This document shows, one piece after another, positions 1 to 13,794 of a stretch of DNA of 64,000 nt (the first letter of the stretch is position 1; the number at the start of each line of letters is the position of its first letter). The translations under genes were made by a program, and so were the position numbers. Location: the NCBI GenBank assembly GCA_951406725.2, contig OX597817.1:66898001-66962000 (forward strand), given 5' to 3'. Under the pieces are notes generated by a model. It worked only from the letters and a program-made list of their open reading frames with translations, had not been told where the DNA came from and did no database searches. Source of the DNA: Octopus vulgaris. Lineage: Eukaryota.

Positions 1-314
1 CACTTCAAACAGAGAGGGAAGGGAAGGGGATGGAGAGGAAGAGAACAGAAAGGAGAGAATAAGTAAAGATGCGTTGACGTCAGAAATTTTGTTACATCTT
101 TATCTTCTTCCTACTACCCCTCCCATTTCGTGTTTGAATATACGTTTTACTGTCACTCTTTCTCTTTCACGTTTACTTTGACTCTCCTTGTAAGTCAGGT
201 TTATACTTCTTACAAACCTTTGTCTCACTTTCCCTATCTCTCGTGTTTTCCGTATATATTTCTGCATTGATGCCATTATTTTTGCCTCTCTTTATTCTTT
301 CCCTCTTTCTCACC

Positions 315-370
<56 letters not shown>

Positions 371-1439
371 ATTCGCCATTATTAATACCAACGTCACCGC
401 CAACGCCTTTACCATCGTCACAACCATAAGAGTTCATTCTCTTTTCTCTAATTACTTCCCTTCGCCTTACGTAGCATGTAGTTAAGAACGTTCTAATATA
501 TAGCTTACCAGGAGTAATTACAGTTAGACCATAACTGTTTTAAATACGAATAACGTTGAAGATGATGATACTTTTTTTTTTTTACCTTTAAAGGTTGGCA
601 AAAACATTGGGTGCGATAAAGGTGATATTGCGTGGAGATACCTAAAAGAGCGTGTAAAAAAAGAATAACAAAAGCGTTATAAAGGCAAGTGAAGCCGCAC
701 TATGTTTCATGACTACTGTTGGACTCATAAGAAAGACTTGTCCGGGAAAATGGTAAAATGTCAGAAACTCGTTTGGATTCAGCACCAATAATGCTACATG
801 AATCAGCTACTTATATTTTAGAGACATTTTTTTTGCGGTTTACCAAGTATTACATTTATCGAAAACTTTAAAAGAATTTAGTAAAAGGATAGGGGACATA
901 ACTCTAGTAATTAACTAGCAAGGATTATCGTTCTTGGTTCTATTTACCGTCTGTTTTGTTTTTGCAAACATTACCAAAGGTTCATCATTATAACACAGAC
1001 ACTTCGATGCATGCATAAAACAATTCTAATATGATTGAATTAATAAAGCAGCACAGACTTAGAATATTGACTTCTAAATGAATGTTTTCGAGATAATATA
1101 GAGTTACTTACTCTTACGTCTTTAAAATAAACCGTAAATAAAAAAAAAACTGATTTGTAAAACGAATCGGTTAGTTTGCATGCTTAGATTATTTAATGAC
1201 AAATATAATAGATATTATCATAAATACCTTAAGGTTTTAGGGAGACTGAAACCCCGTTTTCTTTTTCTGCATTTTTTTTCTTTGGCGATAGCAAGCCTTA
1301 AACTGTCAAAGTTATTCTTAGACAAAATTTAATTTCCTTTCTTCTTTTTTCTTTCACCTCTCTGAAAGTTTCTTCTCTCCTACCGACGCACAACGTACAC
1401 AGTTCTTTAATTATTTTACCTAAAACTATTGTTAAATTT

Positions 1440-2081
1440 GGATCTTTACCTTTTGACCGACAGATTTTAAAAAATAATTTTTTGTAACTAAACACTTTCA
1501 AACTTCGTATACTGGTAGAATGTGTCACATAAAACATCTTTTACTCTTGGCGTTGTTGAGAAAATTCTGTATTTTGGAAGTTATTTCTTGTTAAAGTTGT
1601 CGTATTTTGGTAACTTCAACCAATCAATGACGTGTATTCAGCTGAATAAAATTACTGCTGTTGTTTGTCAACAACAACTTCCGGCAGTGTATATTTCGTT
1701 TGTCACAGTTATTTATGACATATTTCATCTCAGTTACGCTTGTATATGGCACCACCATAATCGTTCGTGCTTCATTTTAAATTGTTTCCGTAACTCTAAC
1801 CCTAAAACCCCAACCTTAACCTTAACCCTAATCCTAAAACCTTAACCCTAACCCTAACCCTAAAACCCTAGCCCTAACCCTAAAACCCTAAAACCCTAAC
1901 CCCAAAGCTAAAACCTTAAAGCTAAAACCAGTACAAACACACGAACGATGTCATAAATAACTAACAAACGAAATATATACCGCCGATAGTTCTTGACAAA
2001 CAACGGCAGTAATTTTATTCAACTGAATACACGACATTGATTGGTTGAAATTACTGAAATACGACAAGTTTAACACGAAAT

Positions 2082-2085
<4 letters not shown>
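1440..2085. mobile_element. Non-autonomous DNA transposon (MITE) copy with internal (AACCCT)-like repeats, right end lost at a (CT)n tract
   Basis: Starts GGATCTTTACCTTTTGACCG, the same terminus as 2324-2850 and similar to 6358-6782. Internal arms at ~1575-1705 and ~1960-2085 are inverted copies. Confidence 0.7.
1795..1930. repeat. Degenerate telomere-like (TTAGGG/CCCTAA)n tract inside the MITE
   Basis: Repeated aaccct/aacccta units. A short ttagggttagggttag is also in the related element at ~6458. Confidence 0.75.
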
Positions 2086-2142
<57 letters not shown>

Positions 2143-2323
2143 TCCGTAAAATAAAAGTAGGTGATTCATGTACTATTATTTATGCTGAATCCAAACGAGT
2201 TTCCAACATTTTCATATTTTTCCAAGTTAGATTTATGTTGGGCATGGGATTTTCTTTTTGAAGACCTATATTAAACTACGACTAAAAAGTCAGACAATAA
2301 GTAGTTTAGTTTTAGTTTCTACA

Positions 2324-2850
2324 GGGATCTTTACCTTTTGTCCTACAGATTTAAAAAATAATTTTTTGTAACTAAACACGTTCAAACTTTGGACACTGGT
2401 AGAATGTGCCATATAAAACGTGTTTTACTCTTAGCATTTTTGAGAAAAGTTTCTATTTTCGAAGTTATTTCGTGTTAAAGTTGTCCTATTTCGGTAATTT
2501 TAACCAATCAATGACGTGTATTCAGCTGAATAAAATCACTGCTGCTGTTTGTCAACAACAACTGTCGGCAGTGTATATTTCGTTTGTCACCGCCGGAAGT
2601 TGTCGTTGACAAACAACAGCAGTAATTTTATTCAGCTGAATACACGTCATTGATTGGTTGAAATTACCGAAATACGACAAGTTTAACACGAAATAACTTC
2701 GTAAATATAAACTTTTCTCAAAAACGCTAAGAGTAAAAGATATTTTATATGACACATTCTCCCAGTGTCCGAAGTTTGAAAGTTACAAAAAATTATTTTC
2801 TAAATCTGAAAATTATTTTCTAAATCTGCCGCTCAAAAGGTAAAGATCCC
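2324..2850. mobile_element. Foldback (near-perfect palindromic) MITE, ~527 bp
   Basis: Termini GGGATCTTTACCTTTTG ... CAAAAGGTAAAGATCCC. The two halves are reverse complements around ~2590, which explains the mirror ORFs 2406+ and 2552-. Confidence 0.85.
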
Positions 2851-2936
2851 ATTCTTCGGCTACAAATTTGTTGCGATCTGTACCTTTTGACCAGATCCGA
2901 AGAATGTAAAGGAAGAAATAATGTTCTGAGTAAAAT

Positions 2937-4663
2937 TTATTTCTTTATTGCCCACAAGGGGCCAACATAGTGAGGACAGCACAGCCTGATTGGGGTTAGA
3001 CACTCAAATGCTAATAAAAAATTATAAACGTTTACAATAAAATCGGATGGATTACAGTCGGATGAAATACAATGCAAAAGACAAAATTACTCATGCCCAA
3101 TGAGATAGAAAAACAGGTTACGCTCCAACTCCGCGAGCCCTGATCTGCTACCGGTACCTTTTTCTTCAACCTTATGGCACGTTCACAAGGAATCTTTCAC
3201 ACCCAGCATTCTCGCTACACGCATTCATCTGTCTTTAAACATCCTCACCGACAGGCATCTTCTCTCCAGCCTCACTTTCAGGTGAAAGGCAAAGAATCTC
3301 ACCAACTCGAGACCGGAGATGAAATTGCCTGTCGCCATTCCTTTCATTCTCGTCTTCCATATCGCCTCTTTCGCAATTGCTACTACTGTGTGAAAGCAAT
3401 TCTTTCCTTCTTTCGTGAGGAAATCCGGTGGACCAATTTTTAAAATTGACTCAGACGACAGCTGTACTCTTCTTAAATCCAACAAGTGTTCCGCATAAGT
3501 CCACACTTATGACACTTCTGGACACTGAACAATAGCGTGCAGGACGTTTTCTCTATCCTGCTCACATCCTGGACAGGCATTTGGACCAGGCTGGCCGTGT
3601 CTGGTGAGCTTATTCCGAACGGGTACGGCTCCTCGGTAATATTGCCAGGCTAGAGATTTTTGGAAGTTATCCAAAGTTCCCGGCTCGAATGTCCTTTGGA
3701 ACAGACTGTCTAACCGGTAATCATCGAGACCCAAGGTCTCCCCAGGGCATCATCGTTTCCAGCCTCTACCAACCTGCTATAGAAAGATGCGGTGGTACCA
3801 AAACCGCTGGCACTACCCGAGCGACGGAACAGTAGGAGGGCCTTACGGCACTCCGTAAACCATGTACTCAACCTCGATCTTCGACGAAACCAGCTTCCTC
3901 GTCTACCAAAGCTGGTGAACCTAGGAAACATCTGTTTCGCAAGCGGAGACCCCGTTCACCATCAAGGAGAAGCCAGAGGTGCCTAAACCTCAGCGCGTGC
4001 TTGCGCATCATCATCCAAGACATCCATAGTCGTCCTTTCAACGGCTTCTGACATCAGATAGAAAACCTCACAAGCGGAGTCGAACCCTTCCACAAAAAGC
4101 GGAAGATTTGTGTCTCCAGCCTGCTCAACCACGAATCAGGACAGGGAACGACGGTTAGGCGGTAAATAATGACCAATGCGATAAACACATTGGCAACCTC
4201 CGCCCTCTCTTTCAAGGATAGCCACCGCCAAGACCAGGTCTTGACTATGAGGGTCACCTTGCTCGATACCTCTGCCCAGTTCTTTTCTACCTGGAGGTCT
4301 GGACCAAACCAGACTCCTAGCAACTTAACCGGACCCTCCGCCCAACGTCCCACGACGCTATTCGAAGGCATGGACTTGCCCCTCCAGGTGCCGAGTTGCA
4401 AGCCGACTGATTTTTCCCGATTAATATTTGATCTTGCCACCGTCTCGTAAACATTAATGGTTTCGCCTGCCCTCTGTAGATGTTCCATCTTGGTCACGAT
4501 GATGGTGATGTCGTCCGCATATACTGAAACCAATCCTCCATCAACTGGTTCCCTCGAGATGCCACTTAACTTTCGCAGTAACAGCTCCAGAGCGATGGTC
4601 AACCCTATCGAATACTTTGGATTAGTCTAAATGGACCAAAGCCCCACCCTTGCTAGAATTATA
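2937..4663 (-). mobile_element. 5'-truncated, decayed L1/Tx1-clade non-LTR retrotransposon (RT C-terminal half plus C-terminal Cys motif)
   Basis: ORF 4054-4602 has YADDITI and VKLLGVWFG RT motifs, and ORF 3507-3734 has CPGC...ENVLHAIVQC. An A-rich 3' end lies at ~2937. A 13-bp direct repeat TTCTGAGTAAAAT flanks it (2924-2936 and 4664-4676). Several frameshifts and stops. Confidence 0.85.
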
Positions 4664-5563
4664 TTCTGAGTAAAATATGGTTAGGCTATCAGGAGGTTTT
4701 TATAGTGTTCTCTACCAATGGATTTTCGAAATATTTGCCTCGTGCAAGGAAGCACCAATTATAAGCAGGAATGTCAAACATATAAAGAATAAATGGACAA
4801 CAATTCTGCAAATACAAAAAAGAAAGGGATTTACAGAAATGAATCACATCTTTATTAGAAGAGAAATGTTCCAAGGGTTTCATCCTCTATATTCTTCTTT
4901 TTCCCGCCCGGTGTTACACATTTAACCCATGTAACCGATGTATTAAGCCATTCTGGACTTTGACATAAATACTACAAGAAGATCAAAAAGTCTTTTTGAA
5001 TAGGTAACCAGTACAGTTAACACTCCGCAGATGATAAACAATTGAAATCATATGAAATTCGGTTTAGAAAAGTGCGCCGAAGCAAACTCAAAGAAACAAA
5101 AACTGATAAACGCCATTCGAATATTGTTAAATTAAAAAAGAGGTGTAAAAGAGTTAAACGAAGCAAACTTGCAAATAATAGAAATTTAATATACTAGATA
5201 AACTTTTAATCATATACAAATGTAAGAAGGAAATTAAGATAGAATGTTATGGACGCGTTACATTCATATTCAAAACAGAGTTAAATATTGAAAAGAAAAG
5301 TTAATATGTATTAACGAACAAACTGATCTAGTATAAAAATAGTTGACAGTATCCTGCAAATCCTGTCCTATAATGTAGGACTGGATTTCTAATACATAAT
5401 GCATGTGTAGATACATTTTGCCAGAAAAAATAAATACAGGATCATAGCTATCTTCAAAGAAAGCTGGTTTCACTTGAAATAAGGCAACAAAACAAAATTT
5501 GTATGTGTCTGAATGAGTTCATGTGTGCGTGCATGCAAGTATGTAGGTATGTATCCATTGCAT

Positions 5564-5639
<76 letters not shown>

Positions 5640-6357
5640 ATACGCACGCGTACGTACGTATTCTTTAGCAACCAAACATCTTTGACAGCAGAAATCAATG
5701 GAAAACCGATTTGCGCCGTCTTTCTAGTCTACGTAGTTATCTTGTTCGACTATCGGTGTTTTCATGAAGTCACCCAATCAGACTGCATGCAAATTATTTA
5801 TTGTTTGGAAAGACACACATAGATTTATGGAGCACTTGTCAGTTCAATCCATTTGTAAATTATATTAAGTGTCCAATTGGCCGACAATGAATAAATGAAT
5901 TGAATAAACAATGACAATAATATTTAATTAGTAAGACGCTGAAATATCGTCTACGTGTGACTGTGAAAGCTTATATTTGTTTGGAATGAATTCAAAGCAA
6001 ATGTTAATCATTGAATTCTTCAAACAGCATAACGTTTCAATTTTTATTTCTCTGTATTTATATTTATATCTCAGTAAGGAGTTGAGAAAGAGAAGGTGTG
6101 GGTGTGTGTGCTTGCGCTGTCATTTTATGTGCGTATGAGTGTATACATATATATACATACATGTATACATGTTTGTACGCATATCGACGTGTGTGTGCGT
6201 GCACGCGCGTAAATACATGTTTATGTGAAGGTGGAAGTACATATATAGACAAAACCTCACACATACATATACATACACATAAACACGTTATTCATACATG
6301 CTTGCGCACACACACACTTCAGCCATGTTACTGCTGTTCTCTTAGCATTCTTGTTTC

Positions 6358-6782
6358 GGATCTTTTCGGTTTGAACGGCAGTTTTTTCTAGCGGTGTCAT
6401 ATGAAATTGTCACCCATAATTATGACCCTAGTATCGATCTATTGCATTTCTATCTGTTTTAGGGTTAGGGTTAGTGTTAGGGGTGGGGGGAAGGGTATCT
6501 TTTTTTTTCTTCACAAATGTAAATAAACCCAATCTGTTTCTTAAACGAGGTACATATTCATACGACACAGAATGCTTTTTACCTCAATAGACGTAATTGA
6601 TTGGTTGAAATTGCAGAAATTGAAGAAAAAAAACAACGAATATCTTACAAACTATAGAATTTTCTCAATAAAGTCAAGAGAAAAAGATGTTTTATAAACA
6701 CATTCTACCAGTATACGAAGTTTAAAATTTTTTAGTTACCTAGAAATTGTGTTAAAAACTGCCGCTCAAACCGAAAAGATCC
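6358..6782. mobile_element. Intact MITE with 8-bp TSD (GG termini, Merlin-like)
   Basis: TIRs GGATCTTTTCGGTTTGAACGGCAG / CTGCCGCTCAAACCGAAAAGATCC. TSD CTTGTTTC at 6350-6357 and 6783-6790. The superfamily call is inferred from TSD length and GG ends. Confidence 0.8.
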
Positions 6783-7489
6783 CTTGTTTCCAACCACTTC
6801 CTTCCGGTCAATTCAACATGTGCGGCCGTTAATCCAGAGACATGTTTTTCTTTCTTCGCTTTTCCTTCTCTCTCTCTCCATCTGTTTTCTCCCCTCAGTC
6901 CTTTGTTTAGAATAGCATAGGCTCAAAACGTCAACTCCAATTTTCCTGTGAGATAAATACACCTTAATTGTTGTTCACTCATTTCTTTCTGCCCTTTGTT
7001 TTGGGCTGTTTTTTGTACAATTTCGAATCACCCCCCCCCCCACACACACACTCCTTTCTCTCTCTATTCTTTTTCCACAAGCTCCTACCACAAAATGTCA
7101 TCCTCCATACACATGACACATTCATACAAGTGCAGTCTTGCACACTTCATCTAATTTATGTTATATACATAGTCCTTTCTTTATCTTAGGTCATTTATGT
7201 TCCGACATTCATAAAGACTAACGTTACTCATTCAGTTAAACTTTATAGTATAGGGTAAAACAGAGTGAGGGTTAATGTTGGAATATGAAGATATTAAGGA
7301 GGCGTAAACTCTCACAACAAATCAATTGAGAGAGCATGGTTGATGTACTGGGTGTTCGAGATAAATTTGACAGTTTGCATATAAGGAAACCAAAACACGG
7401 CATCCTATCTTAAAATAAAAGTATTAAAAAAAATCAACAAATATCACCTAGAATATTGTTGTGAGATAACAGTTTACTCAAAGTAGCTG

Positions 7490-8100
7490 TTCTCTAAGAC
7501 CTCAAAACGGCGCCGGAACCTTGCGCATTTGTTCCTCACTATGTTTCTGGGAAGATTTTCGAACACCTCCTTGATCTTGGCCACTAGCTCGGCCTTGGTG
7601 ATGCAGGCAAGGCAGTTGGTGTCTTTCTCAACTGTACCTTACACATAGTAATCCATAGGTTAACAATCGGGGTGAATAGAAGGCCAGAAACTGGGGCTGG
7701 TGAAGCCGTAGAATTTCTCCGACAACCATTTCTGACTCTTTCCGAAGGTATGCCAAGGAGCTGAATACTGCTGTCACACATATGGCCTTCCAGCAGCAAC
7801 TCTCTTTAGCCCGGGTTTGACCATAGTCTTCAACAACTTCACATGGCTATCCAAATGTAGCCTAAGGTCCTATTCAAAGACATGGGAGTGAACTTCGGCG
7901 TGTGGACGCAATCAGAACCCCTATTGTGTCCCTTCCTGCTGGCCACGGCTTCGTCGTTTCCATTGTTGCTGTCCATGTCACGTCTTACAGCGTTTACAGT
8001 GTTCACCCTGCAATGAGCAGCAGTCATGATGTTGGAGTTTTGATACCTGGCACGAATTATCATGATATAGATAACTCTTTTCCATGTCACCTAACTTTTT
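7490..8100 (-). pseudogene. Decayed, internally deleted Tc1/mariner-family transposase
   Basis: Minus-strand translation gives QQYSAPWHT...SQKWLSENF...FWPSIHPDC*PMDYYV*GTVEK...LVAKIKEVFENLP, matching the QQDxAPxH and WPxxSPDLNPxDY catalytic motifs with stops. Confidence 0.75.
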
Positions 8101-8432
8101 CTCAACTCCATCTTTAATCTTTATGCTTTCCAACATCGTTGACTGTTCAACAATACATCAAGATATGACGCAACAGATGTTCAAGATTGATAAATGAACA
8201 GCTATATATTGTATTCTTTTTTCTTTTTTCCCATTGCAGTCAACCCAGCTGGCACTACCACCTGACTATTAGCAGCACCAGAACCAATAGGAAAATTAAT
8301 TTGGTTGTCATGTATTTCCTCTGGACGTGTGTTTATGATCAGCTTACTGAAACATGTTCAGTAAGCTTATAGTATGCACGAGTATATGTAAGTTTCTGTA
8401 ATTAGTCATATAGCTTCTATCTTTTTTTCTCT

Positions 8433-8492
<60 letters not shown>

Positions 8493-8892
8493 CCACACAC
8501 ACACACGCGCGTACATACCCCCACACAAACACACAAACACCAACCCACTCACACACACATACATCTGGTTAAGAAGCTCGCTCCACAATCATGATATTTC
8601 GGGTTTAGTCCCTCTGCACGAAACCTTAGGGTAATGTCTTCCACTATACCCACCCGTAGTTTGCAAGTGAATTTGATTGGCTGAAACCGTACGAAAGCGC
8701 GTTATTTATATATATATGACTCCAAGAAAGTTAAGGGTTGTGGGTCCAACCCACTAAGAGATAATATCTATCCAATATACTGTTGGTATAATACGCAATT
8801 ATTAATACACAAGTGTTTTTTTATTGCATTGCAATTATATTACCTAGTGTACTAAATAGGTGAAGGTAAAGAGATATTTTACCATTAATTTA

Positions 8893-9268
8893 TATTGCAA
8901 ATAAGAAAATGAAGAAGCACAATAGTTGGTTCATCAACTTTAGGACATTAAAATTTTAGCTTATTTAAAATGATAATTATAATAACATACATATAACATA
9001 TTATTCTATGCAAATAAAATAAGAATACAAGTAATTATTAAGAAATTATTAATCATCTCTCGCCACTCCCCGTAAGATTTAAACTACTAAAATATTAATA
9101 AATAACGAAAAGAAAGCTCACAAAGCTTATCTCTCAGTCTGTGAACTTTATTACACCTAAAAATATAATACATTTGTATATTTTAGTATGAGGAAATGGA
9201 AAGAATTATATATGTATTTGTGTATATTTGCGCGTATGTGTATGTATACTTATACATGTGTTTGTTAC

Positions 9269-9311
<43 letters not shown>

Positions 9312-9567
9312 GAATAATATTGAAATAACCATGTTAACTGTATGATATATTGATTGTAAAATTAATATGCTTACATCTTTCATAAACATCTGTTTATATA
9401 TTATATTATATATTTTGTATTTCATATACTATGTATTGTGAATAGCAGAATACACGTAATCTAATATTAATAATAATAATATTAGTAATAAATAAATATT
9501 ATATATGTACTCATGGATATGGATATGTATGTATATTTCAGTATGTATAATTAATTATCTATAACCA

Positions 9568-9639
<72 letters not shown>

Positions 9640-10001
9640 CAAATATGTGTGAAATTTTGTTTTATATTTATATTTATATTTATTATGATTGTATTTTATA
9701 ATCTCTGACGAGGCCTAGAGATATATACAAGTACCTTATTTTCAACTGCCTATTACCGCAATACACTTGACTAATATAGGCAGAATGAGATGCTTTTATC
9801 TATGGGCTGAAACAGCTGTAAGTTATTTTACTAATATATATTCATGTTTTTTAATAATTACTTGTATTCTTATTTTATTTGCATAGAATAATATGCTATA
9901 TGTATGTTATTACAATTATCATTTTGATAAATAAATAAGTTAACATTTTAATGTCCTAAAGTTGATGAACCAACTATTGTTCTCCTCCATTTTCTTATTT
10001 G

Positions 10002-10006
<5 letters not shown>
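8893..10006. mobile_element. Penelope-like inverted repeat pair (~150 bp arms at ~8893-9050 and ~9853-10006) with an adjacent hammerhead-like motif
   Basis: The arms are reverse complements and bounded by (TA)n. A CTGACGA...GAAACAGCTGTA motif lies at 9705-9820. Confidence 0.55.
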
Positions 10007-10037
<31 letters not shown>

Positions 10038-10305
10038 GGGTTGTATATATATGTTTGCATATATGCAATTGGTTAATTGTCTATTAGTCCGGTAAAAAGC
10101 ACACTCTAAAAGAAATTTTGAGCAGTTATATTTTATGGAGACGAGTAGTTTACCCTTGGTATTGGTATGTAACCTGTCAGAAAGTTGCCATTAGTTTCAC
10201 GTCTTACTTTCTGACTCCGGTTATACACCATACCCAAGGATATACTACTCGTCTATTTTATATATTTATGTGCGTGTGCGCATGTGCATGCGCGCGCGCG
10301 CGTGC

Positions 10306-10344
<39 letters not shown>

Positions 10345-10361
10345 CGTATCCCTATATATAT

Positions 10362-10656
10362 TCGTTTATTCTTTTATTCTTTTACTTGTCTCAGTCATTT
10401 GACTGCGACCATGCTGAAGCATCACTTTTAGTCGAACAAATCGACACCAAGACTTATTCTTTGTAAGCCTAGTACTTATTCTATCGGTGTCTTTTGCCGA
10501 ACCGTTAAGTTATGGGGACGTTAACACACCAACATTGGTTGTCAGGCGATGTTGGGGGCAAACACAGACACACAAATACATACATACATTCATACACGCA
10601 TACATACATATATACATACATACATACATACATACATACATACACACAAACATATA

Positions 10657-10718
<62 letters not shown>

Positions 10719-10743
10719 AGAAGAAAATGGTACCTGATACCTA

Positions 10744-10798
<55 letters not shown>

Positions 10799-10900
10799 AC
10801 GGGCTTCTTTCAGTTTCCGTCTACCAAATCCTCTCACAAGGCCCAAGGTTTTAGCAGAAGACACTTGCCCAAGGTGCCATGCAATGAAACTGAAGCCGGA
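10362..10900 (-). mobile_element. tRNA-derived SINE (family 1) with internal microsatellite
   Basis: Reverse complement of the family-1 copy at 51828-52210 (cttttacttgt..cagtcatttgactgcg; gaagacacttgcccaaggtgcca). Confidence 0.8.
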
Positions 10901-11802
10901 AACATTTGCATGTCAAATCCTTTCTTCCCCGACAGATACTCTCACTATTTTCATCATATTTAATATTCTATCATTTCCGGGATCGATATTATGAATTATT
11001 AAATTAACTCTAATGATAAGTTTCCAGAACTAGTTTTTAATACTTTAAGTAAAAAGTAATTTCGACTCCGATAATGCAGTCAAGTCAACTCATAGTTTTA
11101 ATAATTATATGACTGATAATTATCCTGCTTTAGCACCTACTTCTGAGAGCAGGATTAGTACTAATTCTTTTAACCACGAATATCACATACATGTGAATAA
11201 ATGCCTGTGTAAAAACAAAATTATCTGTCCCTTAGAAAATCAGTGTTCAAGGAAGAATATAATGTATCAATGTAATGTAATAACAGGAGATCGTAAGAGT
11301 TATAGCATAGGTTCGTCTGTTACAATATGAAAATCTAGATTTCATGATCATTCTTATTCATTTGAGTATAGAATAAAAGGTAATTCTATGAAAGTTGATA
11401 AATGCTTTTGAGATTTAAAAGATAAGAACGTTAAGTATGATTTTAAATGGTCCTTTATTAGTTATGCACCATCGTACAATACTAGTAATTCTAAATGTAA
11501 ATTTTGCCTTGAGGAAATGTATTTTATAATTACTTCTAAATTAATATTATTAGATTATAAGGGTAATTTTACATTGAAATGTTCTCACAAATATAGAAAA
11601 GCATATAAAAATTTCAATTCTAAACAGCCCATTAATCATAATTGCTGTTCATATGATATAATATGCATAGTCCTTCTAAAAATGTCTAGCATATTCAATA
11701 GATAGATTGTTGTGACGTAGAATCTCTATATATTCTAATTGCTATACTGAAGAATTCATGTGTATATTTTTTATTCTTTCGTTATCCACTGACGTCATCA
11801 AA

Positions 11803-11872
<70 letters not shown>

Positions 11873-11986
11873 ATATATATATATATATATATATAAATTT
11901 GACATTAGCGATTCACGGTCAAACGGCTGGGTGGAATTGTGCGAAAAATTACACAGATGTGTAGAATGATCCGGTGGTGTTGCTGG

Positions 11987-12220
11987 GCTTTGTATTTTTT
12001 CATAGCTCCCATGGTTACCGAGATAATCTACTATAATAATACTCTTGTGTTTATGAAAGAGAAAGGAAGGAGTGATAGATGAATAAGGAGGGCAGGGGTG
12101 ATGTCATATTTTTTCATAGCTTCCATGGCTGCCGAGATAATCTACTATAATAATATTCTTGTATATGAATGAGAAAGGAAGGAGTGATAGATGAATAAGG
12201 AAGGAAGAGGTGATGTCATA
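11987..12220. repeat. Two-copy tandem repeat of ~115 bp
   Basis: tttttcatagct..ccatgg..ccgagataatctactataataat...gaaaggaaggagtgatagatgaataagga...ggtgatgtcata occurs twice in succession. Confidence 0.8.
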
Positions 12221-12758
12221 CTTGGTAGTGGGATGATGAAAATTCTACGTTAAATAAATAAATTAAACAGCGTTTCAACTTTGTGTGAATATATGTGTAT
12301 GTAAAAGGGAGAGTATGTGAATGTGTATGTGTGGCATGATTCATCTTTGTTCGCATAGTACTTCGGCTTACTTTTGATTTGGTTGAATCTTGGTCGTTTT
12401 TTTTTTAGTTGGTCAGTTATTTGTTGCGTATTGACAGAAAAAAGGGCATTCTAAAATTGCCTTTTAACTTAAGCTTGCCCAAACAAGTGTTCATCTGTTC
12501 TAATTTGATTAAATTCTATGTCTTTGTGTAGCTGAAGATTGCTCTGCATTTTAAATTGATGTAATGATTGCATTGTTCAATTAAATGGAGTTGCATGAAA
12601 CGATCGTACTGCATTACCTCTGGATATCCTTGTTACTTATTTTGATTTTAATCACCTTACTTTGAAATTGTATGGATAATACCGTACTAAATTTTGGTGC
12701 CTCAACTTAAGTACCATATTCATCTGAATCTAAATTTTTGCTATACATATATATATAC

Positions 12759-13464
12759 CAGTGGCGACTACGGCACTCAGGCTGCTCGAGCTTAGCCCGA
12801 GTATAAACTTAGTAAAGTGAACGTGTAATAACTCGGGCTCCTTCTACTGAGCCTGGTCGCAGTTCATTTATTTTCGTTCAGGGGATGCCCTGTGTCAAAA
12901 AATATCATTCGTAGCAGACATTCTCTTGACATCGTTCACATGCGCCTAACTCTGGCTAAGAAGTTACAACCCGAGTTATCTATAATCGTAAAAATTAAAT
13001 GTAACTAATATTCAAAATTTTCTTGAAACAGCAAATTTCTATGGAGGTTAGGATTTAAATCCCAATCTATGGAAAGTTTCCGTTCTACAGTATTCTTAAA
13101 TGAACGAAAAATTACCCAGCAACTCGGGCTAATTCGAACGAGCCTGGTAGGTGTAAAAGATAAACTGGCATCTCTTGTCAAGAGTGCAGGTACAGTTAGA
13201 TAGCTGATGTTTGTTGTGGACTCAGCTGTCGTTATTTGATTCCTGTTATTCTGTGCGTTTGTGCATAAAAATTAGTTGTGTTTTGCAGGGTTGCTTTATT
13301 TTTAGACATAACTTAGAAATGGAGAAAATCATAGTGCTAGATTTTGAAAAAATAAGTCATTTAGGGCTAAAAATATTGCGGAAAAACGTGAAATTCTCCG
13401 AGCAGGCATGTCTTATGCGAAGTTTGTGATGAGCCCGAGTGACACTGAAGACCTGGAGTTGCCT

Positions 13465-13465
<1 letters not shown>
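12759..13465. mobile_element. hAT-like non-autonomous element, right end truncated by (CA)n
   Basis: Begins CAGTGGCGACTAC and ends GGAGTTGCC, with recurring subterminal GCCCGAG/CTCGGGC motifs. Confidence 0.5.
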
Positions 13466-13514
<49 letters not shown>

Positions 13515-13587
13515 GTATATATATATATATACATATATATATACACACATATATATACATACATATACACATATATGTATACGTATT

Positions 13588-13645
<58 letters not shown>

Positions 13646-13763
13646 CATATATATATATACGTATATATATACATATACGTATATATATGTATATACATAT
13701 ATATACACACGTATATACATATATATATATACATATATACGTATACACATATATATATTACTG

Positions 13764-13789
<26 letters not shown>

Positions 13790-13794
<5 letters not shown>

